IMG/VR virus record: IMGVR_UViG_3300020383_000001
Span: 1 to 64,000 of that record
Direction: 5' to 3' (one strand)
Origin: a virus
Length of the DNA: 64,000 nt
Part shown: one piece after another, positions 56,505 through 64,000 of the stretch
Numbering within the stretch: the first letter of the stretch is position 1
Layout: every line of letters starts with the position of its first letter
Made by a program: the position numbers and the translations under genes
The notes under the pieces: model-generated
What the model saw: only the letters and a program-made list of their open reading frames with translations
Databases searched by the model: none
What the model was told of the DNA's origin: nothing

Positions 56505-59112
56505 TTAAGTACTCCTGACAGATATCAGCAATTTGTTGTTTGGTGGCCTGATTAGGGAGGGTGATACCTTTTTCCCATGTAGGGTAAAAGAGGTCTAATT
56601 CTCCACCTAGTTTAACATCTGGGTGACGTATTTCAGGCAGATCTTGCCATTGCATACATTCAATCAGATTAATGTTTACCCAATGCACTACATCAATATT
56701 GTCCCGTATAAGTATATACTGGGCATCGTGTATATGAGCACATGGCATAACATCTAAACGGTGCTTAGAAGCTAAAGTTCTTTCTTGAAATTCGATAGCA
56801 GCGCGGTTATTAAGCATACCGTAGGACTGACCTAACGCATTACCGGCTGTACGAGCTTCAGCCTGTGCTTCATAAGGCATGGATTTAGAGCCGTAGATAG
56901 TTTTGTGAAGCATTGGAGTACGTACCCGCATACCAAATGCTACCGTAACATAACCATCCGTGTGAGCTTGTTTAAGCTGATCTTGTACCCATTGGTCGGA
57001 CACCTTATACATTTCGTGATAGCGGTGTTCAATTGTTTTGGCTTTTTCAGGGCTGAATCCACAGTTTTTAACCAATGTAATCCAAGTACCTTGATACGTC
57101 AGAGCAAATGTAGGAGCTTTTGAATCCTGCCGTAAGTCTGGGTATAGGTCTGCAATTGAATTAATGGAATCTGGGGTTTCTTCTACACCTGTTATTTGTT
57201 CACCAAAGTAATAAAAAGCACGTAAACAGTGACCATCAAATCCATCTGTATATACTTTCAATTTATTGGGGTCTTTGGTGGTTAAGGCACTGATTCTATC
57301 TTCTAAGGAAGAAAAATCAGCTCCAGCAAAAATCCAACCAGGAGGAGCCATAAAACAGCTTTTAATAAGTTTTGCATACTTATTGCCTGTACTCGGGATA
57401 TTTTGTAAGTTCGGGCCGCTAGAAGAGAGACGCCCACTGACAGTGCCACCGAGATTGAAATTACCATGCAGATAATAGTGACCATCTGATTTTTGAACCG
57501 CTTTTTCTAAGAAAGTTGAAGTAAAAGTAGATACTAATATCTGCACTTCAGCCAAATCCAGTAATAACCGGAATAAGTCTGAGTGCCTTGGCTGCAGTGG
57601 TGCTGCCATAAGCTTGACTAAAGTATCTGCTTTGGTAGAAGGCTGTTTAGCTTTAGTAAAATCAACAGGAGCATACCCTAAGAATGTATAAATAAGTTCT
57701 TGTAACTGGGTATTTGAGTTAGGGTTAAACTGGATATCGTCTTCAAAGTAAGAGAAAGGAACACGTTTCTTAACCCAACGTAAATGTTGATTATTATAAG
57801 CATCCAAACGTTTTTGATACAGAAAGTCCTGTACATCGGGATGGTTTATAATGCTAGCAACAGTCTTGTCTTTAATATCACTCAGATAGTTATGGACTTC
57901 GTGGGTACGCTTAATACAAATAGGCATACCAGTAAGTTCCATTTGCAAAATAACTTTTACAGATGGGTGGAATATCTGAGTGTACGGTATGTCTTGTTTG
58001 TCTTGGATTACCTTATGACGATGCTTGTCATACACATAGAAAGTAGATAAAGCATCTACTAAGTTATACTCAGCTAACTGTGTTGGAGGTATAAGCCTAA
58101 TATCTTTGATATCTTCTTCAGCGTAGTCACCAGCAAACTCATGAGCTAATTGTTTAAGACTCAACTCATTACCAGTAGTACTATTGGTTGCTAGATAAGC
58201 CAGCAGCTTAGTGTCATCAAAGTTTTTAGTGAGTACATCGATACCATAAAGCATACCTTCACGGTCTAAATACTCATCCATAAAGAGCTCGTAAGTAAGA
58301 ATTTTCATATCAAAATTACCGTTTTGATAGATCATCTTACCTTCGTAATACTCAAAGAATTCCCGTAACAGTCGTTTAACCGGTTGATTATCGATCTGTT
58401 GTGCAAAGAAACCTTCTGGAGTTTGTTTCTCTAAAGCTTTGTAATCACAATAGATAGTTACTCCATTATGCTTGTCCCATGAGAAACTGATAGTACCTAA
58501 GCCGGCTTTATGCGTTTCTAGGCTGAAAGTTTCGATATCACAGGTTAGCTTCTCTTTGTCCAGGAGACTTAACAAGACACGTTTAATGTCTGCGTAGTCT
58601 TTAACATACTCTTTGGAATGGATTATGTTATTGCCCAGGAGCATTGGTGCCCCAGTAATACTGGCGGCTAACTTATGTATAGATAAATCCAGCTTAGGTT
58701 GAAAGTTGGGATTATGGAAAAGAGCTTGATAGTTAGGAGCAAAGATTATCTCCATGTACTCAAAGCCTTTGATACAACAAGGAACGCTGTAACCATATTT
58801 GGCTTCTACTTTCTTGGCTCCGGTAAGTACCTTGAAGTAATTGGCGTCGCAACAGAACAAACGCTTAATATCCATAGAAGCCAAGACAGGTAATAAATCG
58901 CTTAAATATGGTTTAATTACTTTGTTGACAGGTGCTTTATTTGTTTCTGTATATTCTAGACTGAAAGCTATAAAACCATCGTCAGAAATGCCGTGCTCTG
59001 CTTCTAGTGGTTCTAAATAGCTTTGCCTGATGGGAATATCCTTAAGAGCTTTTTCTTTGATTAGAATGGCTGTGTGGTATTCCTTTTTCGAGCCAAATTC
59101 AATGTACTTCAT
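56494..59112 (-). CDS. DNA polymerase I (family A) with 3'-5' exonuclease domain
   Basis: Exo I DIETFSLE, Exo III YNLVDALSTFYVYD, pol motif A GADFSSLEDRISA, motif B RQDSKAPTFALTYQG, motif C CAHIHDAQYILI. Confidence 0.85.
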   Translation of the reverse strand: MKYIEFGSKKEYHTAILIKEKALKDIPIRQSYLEPLEAEHGISDDGFIAFSLEYTETNKAPVNKVIKPYLSDLLPVLASMDIKRLFCCDANYFKVLTGAKKVEAKYGYSVPCCIKGFEYMEIIFAPNYQALFHNPNFQPKLDLSIHKLAASITGAPMLLGNNIIHSKEYVKDYADIKRVLLSLLDKEKLTCDIETFSLETHKAGLGTISFSWDKHNGVTIYCDYKALEKQTPEGFFAQQIDNQPVKRLLREFFEYYEGKMIYQNGNFDMKILTYELFMDEYLDREGMLYGIDVLTKNFDDTKLLAYLATNSTTGNELSLKQLAHEFAGDYAEEDIKDIRLIPPTQLAEYNLVDALSTFYVYDKHRHKVIQDKQDIPYTQIFHPSVKVILQMELTGMPICIKRTHEVHNYLSDIKDKTVASIINHPDVQDFLYQKRLDAYNNQHLRWVKKRVPFSYFEDDIQFNPNSNTQLQELIYTFLGYAPVDFTKAKQPSTKADTLVKLMAAPLQPRHSDLFRLLLDLAEVQILVSTFTSTFLEKAVQKSDGHYYLHGNFNLGGTVSGRLSSSGPNLQNIPSTGNKYAKLIKSCFMAPPGWIFAGADFSSLEDRISALTTKDPNKLKVYTDGFDGHCLRAFYYFGEQITGVEETPDSINSIADLYPDLRQDSKAPTFALTYQGTWITLVKNCGFSPEKAKTIEHRYHEMYKVSDQWVQDQLKQAHTDGYVTVAFGMRVRTPMLHKTIYGSKSMPYEAQAEARTAGNALGQSYGMLNNRAAIEFQERTLASKHRLDVMPCAHIHDAQYILIRDNIDVVHWVNINLIECMQWQDLPEIRHPDVKLGGELDLFYPTWEKGITLPNQATKQQIADICQEYLNDH

Positions 59113-59639
59113 TAGGTCACCATAGAACTCATTAGGTCTAATTCAGCCAATAACGCAAGCTTAGGTGCATTTTGGCGTTGGTATTTTTGGATTTGTTCAA
59201 CGTCTGATATGTATTCCAGGCTTTCAGGAATATTGAAATTTTGTCGCATTGGGGCAATCAAAAAAGAAGGCAGTAGTTCAACAATATCACCAAAAGTGAA
59301 AGCTTGTTTGTTAACTACTTTTTTGATGAAGCTACCTGCAGAAGCTAATTTACGGTACATGTCATCAACGTAATCAATAAACTGATTAACTTTTTCTTTG
59401 CTTTCTGGGGACAAATCAGAAAAGAATATTCGTACACCGTGGTTGGCATGAGCTGAATTTACAAGTACAACCCCATTACATGAAATAGAGTGAATGCTTT
59501 TACTTCGTTCATGGCCAATAGTATCTACAAGACGATTTTCTTCAGCTCGTAAATATGCCTTAATGTTTTGTTTTAGGTGATCGTTAAGTAACTCAACAAT
59601 ATCGCCTTTAGACCGATAGGATAAAACATCATGTTGCAT
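59112..59639 (-). CDS. hypothetical protein (175 aa)
   Basis: Listed ORF between helicase and polymerase. Confidence 0.35.
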   Translation of the reverse strand: MQHDVLSYRSKGDIVELLNDHLKQNIKAYLRAEENRLVDTIGHERSKSIHSISCNGVVLVNSAHANHGVRIFFSDLSPESKEKVNQFIDYVDDMYRKLASAGSFIKKVVNKQAFTFGDIVELLPSFLIAPMRQNFNIPESLEYISDVEQIQKYQRQNAPKLALLAELDLMSSMVT

Positions 59640-60945
59640 CTTGTTTGCTTGGTTGATACTTCTCAGGTAATTGTCCGTAGAAAAATACTCGAGTAGTTGC
59701 CCGGGTAATTGCTACGTAGAGAAGCCTTGCAACCTCCTCCCGTTTGTTATTTCTGCCAATGTCCGATAAATCGATAAATACCGTATGGAAAGTACTACCT
59801 TGGCTTTTATGGACCGTAGATGCGTAAGCTGGGCGTAAGTCACAAAAAGCCTCTTTAACCCGATAATAATCACCCCAAAGTCCAGAAGCTAAAGCTTCTT
59901 TCTTAAGTACTTTTAAGTAGTGATTAGCTTCGGCTAATCTAAAAGGCACAAATAAACTATGTTTGTTGTTGTGCTTTTTAGGAAAAACAGATTCTACTTT
60001 AACCAACTGGCCTTTAATACCGTAAAGTTCATCTTCTACGGATGAAATAACCCGTAACGGTTCTTCATTAGAGAAGATTACCCTTTCCACATTTTTGATA
60101 ACTGAGTTAGCGATAAGACGCTCACCAGGTTGGTATAAAGGACTCTGGTAGTGTAGGGCACGAACGTAGTTGTTGTAGTCACTTACACGGTTATTTGACC
60201 AAGCCAAGATCTTAACATTGGCTGGATCGTAGTCAGGGTCCGTAAAGTGAGCATCAACAGCATTTTGGAAAGCTTTGCCTTCCATGTGTTGTGTCTCAGG
60301 AGTATTCTGCGTTAAGTCAGGGAACTCACCCCCATCGATAGCTTCACGTAATTGGGCACCAAGAGCCGCTATAGGGCTATTTTGTTTTTGGCGTACAATT
60401 TCACTAAGGGTAGCTTTTAAATTAACTGTCTCGTCTACAGGGCACTTGTTTTCGAACACTGGAAGCAATTGCTTTGGATCGAGAATATAAACTACTTTAC
60501 AGTGATAAGTTGATTCTCTGATCATCTGTAATAGAGAGTCATCTGCCATAGATGCTTCATCAATGAACAGAATAGTATTCTCAGCTACTTTGTAATCTTT
60601 GGTTTTACGTAGTTTAGTGCGACCATTTTGGTAGTCGTCATAAACAGTTAAACCAAGGAAACTGTGAATCGTATTGGCTTCGATTCCGGTTGCTTCATGG
60701 ATTGCAGCAGCAGCTTTATGTGTAAGCGCTGTCAGTACAATCTCAATTGGATTAGGAGAATCCAAAATAGTTTGAAGCAAATCAGCTTGAGTTTCAGCTA
60801 GTTCGATTAAATGTTGGGTTAGAAATGTTTTGCCACACCCTGAAAATCCTTGCAGTGCAAATTCATTTTCATTGGGATCTAGCAAAAACTGAAGAAAAGC
60901 ATCTGCAGCTTTATCTTGATCTTTTGTGAGTGTGACAGTCGTCAT
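59629..60945 (-). CDS. Dda/RecD-like SF1 DNA helicase
   Basis: LTKDQDKAADAF...LQGFSGCGKTFL (Q-motif and Walker A) and Walker B ILFIDEASM. Confidence 0.6.
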   Translation of the reverse strand: MTTVTLTKDQDKAADAFLQFLLDPNENEFALQGFSGCGKTFLTQHLIELAETQADLLQTILDSPNPIEIVLTALTHKAAAAIHEATGIEANTIHSFLGLTVYDDYQNGRTKLRKTKDYKVAENTILFIDEASMADDSLLQMIRESTYHCKVVYILDPKQLLPVFENKCPVDETVNLKATLSEIVRQKQNSPIAALGAQLREAIDGGEFPDLTQNTPETQHMEGKAFQNAVDAHFTDPDYDPANVKILAWSNNRVSDYNNYVRALHYQSPLYQPGERLIANSVIKNVERVIFSNEEPLRVISSVEDELYGIKGQLVKVESVFPKKHNNKHSLFVPFRLAEANHYLKVLKKEALASGLWGDYYRVKEAFCDLRPAYASTVHKSQGSTFHTVFIDLSDIGRNNKREEVARLLYVAITRATTRVFFYGQLPEKYQPSKQDAT

Positions 60946-60947
60946 CT

Positions 60948-61361
60948 CTAGTCCTCATCTTGTAGTACGTAATTGAGTAACATTTGTCCAAATTCTTCAG
61001 AGTGCAGCATCATGACTCTATAGCTACCAGACTTAACTGGTTTAGCTGCTTCACAAGCAGGGTGCCCATTATAATTAGGCTTAAATTGTCTAGCCTGGGC
61101 TAAGGCATCTAAAACTGTTTTACCTACTTCGTAAGGAAAGACAAACCCAATATCGAAAGCAAACTCAATAGACATATAACTTTTGTTTTCTATTGCTCCG
61201 AGTATTTTTGCTTGTTGTCTTGGCTCAAGACTATGAAACTTAATTTGAGGTGAGGAATTCCCTATAAAATGAGAAGAGATAGCATCAGCCGGAATAGTTA
61301 GATTATTTACATTACTGCTGATGATAGAAGCTAAGTCTTTATTGTCTTTACTTGTGGCCAT
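60948..61361 (-). CDS. hypothetical protein (137 aa)
   Basis: Listed ORF. Confidence 0.35.
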   Translation of the reverse strand: MATSKDNKDLASIISSNVNNLTIPADAISSHFIGNSSPQIKFHSLEPRQQAKILGAIENKSYMSIEFAFDIGFVFPYEVGKTVLDALAQARQFKPNYNGHPACEAAKPVKSGSYRVMMLHSEEFGQMLLNYVLQDED

Positions 61362-62562
61362 TTCGTTTCTCCGAAGTGTCGTAGTGAATAAGTTTACCGA
61401 AATCCACTTTGGCTCTGAGGTTATCTACACAAACCCAAATAACAGGAAAATCTGTTTTTTGCGTGATCTTCTTACAATACAAGTCACTGAAAACTACAAG
61501 AACCCGTGGTGGATTCTGTCTGAAATAATCAATAGCTGGCGCTAAGTCAGTACCACCTCTTCCAGTAAATTCTATTGACTTGATACTGTCTGCAGGGGTT
61601 AACGTAGTTACGTCACGTACATCAGTATCAAAAGTCAGTATGGTTGTTTTACTTGGGTTAAGGCGTTCACGGATAGATTCAACTTCTGAGATGAACATAG
61701 TGAAATCTTCATCACTGACAGAAGCACTAGCATCTACTGCTACAGCTATTTCACCCATAGAAGGTGAATAGACTGAAGGCAGATAAGAATGCCAAATATG
61801 CCTGCGATTAGGTCGAGCCATTGAGTAATCACTTTGGTCGTATGAGTCAAAGTAATTTTGTAGAATTTCATACCAAGGAAGCTTAGGATTGATTAATTTT
61901 TCAATCTTAAACTGGAGATGCCCGGGTAAGTGACCAAATTGTTTTTGCATTTTGGCTTGTGTAGCAGCACGAATGATGATTGATTCAATATCTTTCTGGC
62001 GCTGTTTTTGAGCTTTAGCATAATCTGCTGGCGATTGCGAGTTACCTGGACCATTAGAAGAATTTTGCCCTTTACCACTTTCACCTTGATTAGGTTTTAA
62101 GTCCTTCATACCTTCTGGCATTTGTTGGTTTGGGTCACTCTTCTTAAGGTCCTCATAGACTTCTTCGGTAGACCAATTAACATATTTTTGGTCAGCATAG
62201 ACTTCTAATTTTTGCCCAAGAACTTCACGATTAATTAACTGGTGCTTATCTTGATTAAGCATCAAATTGATTACGTGATCTCCTGCAATATTCCACAAGT
62301 TAGGGTCACGTTCTTCAATACGGTCAAAGTGATTGAAAGCTACGTGCCAGGCTTCATGGTATAAAACAAATACCCGTTCTGCTGGAGTAAGTGCTAAGAA
62401 GAATTCTGGGTTGATATAAATGTTCAACCCATCAGTTGCAGCCGTAGGAATAGTCTCATCTTCATGAATATAAAGAGAGAACATTACTGTAGATATGAAT
62501 GCTTCTTTCCGAGCAATAACATCGTACTTAGCCCGTTGAAGAGCTTTGTTGAAGTCTGACAT
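61348..62562 (-). CDS. VWA-domain protein with HExxH metallopeptidase-like motif (DUF2201-like)
   Basis: VLYHEAWHVAFNHF near the N-terminus; C-terminal VWA-like region with DASASV (a MIDAS-like DxSxS); paired with the MoxR-type ATPase. Confidence 0.5.
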   Translation of the reverse strand: MSDFNKALQRAKYDVIARKEAFISTVMFSLYIHEDETIPTAATDGLNIYINPEFFLALTPAERVFVLYHEAWHVAFNHFDRIEERDPNLWNIAGDHVINLMLNQDKHQLINREVLGQKLEVYADQKYVNWSTEEVYEDLKKSDPNQQMPEGMKDLKPNQGESGKGQNSSNGPGNSQSPADYAKAQKQRQKDIESIIIRAATQAKMQKQFGHLPGHLQFKIEKLINPKLPWYEILQNYFDSYDQSDYSMARPNRRHIWHSYLPSVYSPSMGEIAVAVDASASVSDEDFTMFISEVESIRERLNPSKTTILTFDTDVRDVTTLTPADSIKSIEFTGRGGTDLAPAIDYFRQNPPRVLVVFSDLYCKKITQKTDFPVIWVCVDNLRAKVDFGKLIHYDTSEKRNGHK

Positions 62563-62572
62563 AGTTACACCG

Positions 62573-63604
62573 TTAAGTAAGTTGTCTACCGGTAGTAGTT
62601 AACCAATCTTTGACACTATAAGACTGCGTAGCAGCAGGGTTCTTTTTGATAATGGCTTTGACTGTAATGATTTGGAATTCGATTGGTAACCGTTTTAGGT
62701 AAGTCATCAAAATCCCTAATTTATCGGGATCATAGTTTTCGATGATTGTACCTGATAGGGCAAACAGTTCATTAGGTGAAGTAGGGACTTTGGTGTTATG
62801 AGGGTCTTTTAAGATCTGTTCTACAGTCACCAAGTTCTTGAAGATTTGTAGAAAAGATACAAATTCTCGTCCAATGTTTTCACCAATTGAACCATAAATA
62901 GTTAAATCGATATCTTCTGGAGCCTTAGTACCAAGACGATCTGTGACTTTTAACGCTTTAGATACGAACTCCCATGTACGAGGACAAGGGAACGTATGGT
63001 CATTATGGTCTGGGTTAAAGTCCATAAGGCGATTAGGCATATAGCGAATATACGAAATAACTCGATAATCGATACCGTTTTCTTCTGCCCACTCTAACCA
63101 CTGTTCATGGTTTTCTTTCATTTCATAGTGAATCAAGCGGGATTGCATGGCTGTGCCAATTTTGTGTACTACAGCATTATCTGTGGCTTTGTTGCCAGCA
63201 GCCATCATGAATACATTTTTATGCAGGGCATGGTTACCTACATAACGGTCTAATAAGACTTTGTATGCTGCAACTTGTACTGCAGGAGTAGCTGAAGGCA
63301 ATTCATCAAACAGAATTAACCAGCCATTCTTACCTTCAGGAAGTGGATCGTTCTCAAGAGGGAACATATCTACAGGTAAGTATTGAGCACGTTTGTGGTC
63401 TTTACTTGGGAATGGTAAGCCATTCAAATCTGTTTGGTCGCAGTAAGAAAGACGGATATCAATTAACTCTAGGTTAAATTTTTTAGCCAGTAGTTTAGCT
63501 AATGATGATTTACCCATACCAGGGGAACTTAGAACAATAGGGACCAGGCCAGCTTCTAAAGCAATAGGAAGCTGTGCCTGCAACTCTTTAATAGTAGCAG
63601 TCAT
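62573..63604 (-). CDS. MoxR-like AAA ATPase
   Basis: Walker A SSPGMGKSSL, Walker B ILFDELP, and sensor-region arginines. Confidence 0.6.
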   Translation of the reverse strand: MTATIKELQAQLPIALEAGLVPIVLSSPGMGKSSLAKLLAKKFNLELIDIRLSYCDQTDLNGLPFPSKDHKRAQYLPVDMFPLENDPLPEGKNGWLILFDELPSATPAVQVAAYKVLLDRYVGNHALHKNVFMMAAGNKATDNAVVHKIGTAMQSRLIHYEMKENHEQWLEWAEENGIDYRVISYIRYMPNRLMDFNPDHNDHTFPCPRTWEFVSKALKVTDRLGTKAPEDIDLTIYGSIGENIGREFVSFLQIFKNLVTVEQILKDPHNTKVPTSPNELFALSGTIIENYDPDKLGILMTYLKRLPIEFQIITVKAIIKKNPAATQSYSVKDWLTTTGRQLT

Positions 63605-63636
63605 ATTTTCTCCGTAGAGTATTTTTAGAGAGGAAG

Positions 63637-63900
63637 TTAGTTAGTTAGTTGTTCAATATCTTTTTGAAAAGTACGACGTAATTCACAGCAATCAAAATCA
63701 TTGTTATCTAAGATATCTTGGTAGTGTTGGATACGCTCAATAAAGAGATCTAACTCTTGCTGTCGGCGTTCTTCCACATCAGCAAGATCATTGAGTTTAG
63801 AAAATAGAGTCTTAATAATTGCGCGACATTCTGGATTTTCTAAATCTGCATCACGCCAACGCAACAACTCTTCAGTAGTTAAAGAGTCAAAATTAATCAT
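63637..63900 (-). CDS. hypothetical protein (87 aa)
   Basis: Listed ORF. Confidence 0.35.
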   Translation of the reverse strand: MINFDSLTTEELLRWRDADLENPECRAIIKTLFSKLNDLADVEERRQQELDLFIERIQHYQDILDNNDFDCCELRRTFQKDIEQLTN

Positions 63901-64000
63901 TTTGAATATCCGGTTGAGTATCTTTCATGGCTCGGTAAAGCAAACCAATAGTAGATTCTCTTGGGTTGGTTTCTTTACCATCTCGAATACGACGAATAAT
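63893..64000 (-). CDS. C-terminal fragment of a gene continuing beyond the window
   Basis: Open frame to the window edge (...IIRRIRDGKETNPRESTIGLLYRAMKDTQPDIQND stop); its TAA overlaps the ATG of the 87-aa gene. Confidence 0.25.
   Translation of the reverse strand: MIRRIRDGKETNPRESTIGLLYRAMKDTQPDIQND

Noticed and set aside
1-64000. Integrase, attachment sites or host flanks (prophage boundaries)
   Set aside because: No integrase or recombinase-like ORF, no host-like genes, and gene content and order match a strictly lytic N4-like phage. The tRNAs lie inside the phage and show no signs of being integration targets.

Overview
The window reads as one contiguous piece of an N4-like (Schitoviridae-type) lytic podophage genome, AT-rich and densely packed, with no host genes evident. 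A central block on the + strand (10.7 to 48.1 kb) carries late and structural genes in N4 order: possible small terminase, large terminase, three tail-fibre genes, portal, acidic scaffold-like protein, major capsid, internal virion proteins, and a 3329-aa virion RNA polymerase carrying T7-like motifs A, B and C. It is flanked by two - strand blocks. The left block (1 to 10.4 kb) holds early and middle genes: the two-subunit T7-like RNA polymerase II, here interrupted by a SLOG/DUF2493 gene; an SPFH lipoprotein module; a tRNA-Met; and a T5-type M15 endolysin running off the left edge. The right block (48.3 to 64 kb) is the replication module: family A DNA polymerase with proofreading exonuclease, Dda-like helicase, SSB, primase-sized protein, RuvC-like resolvase, Cas4-like Fe-S nuclease, ThyX-like protein, and a MoxR-AAA plus VWA/metallopeptidase pair. 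The strongest lead for something undescribed is a ~700-bp ORF-free, unusually GC-rich and highly base-paired region (4347..5089) beside the tRNA locus; it contains a tRNA-like element closed by a perfect 19-bp inverted repeat and may be a large phage ncRNA. Other leads are an array of six 14-bp palindromes upstream of an HTH gene at the early/late divergent junction, conserved promoter-like motifs and matched GGA-loop mini-hairpins in the early region, modular and internally repetitive tail fibres, and small acidic or membrane ORFs missed by the ORF track. All functional calls rest on motif recognition by eye and on synteny with N4; none was checked by database search.
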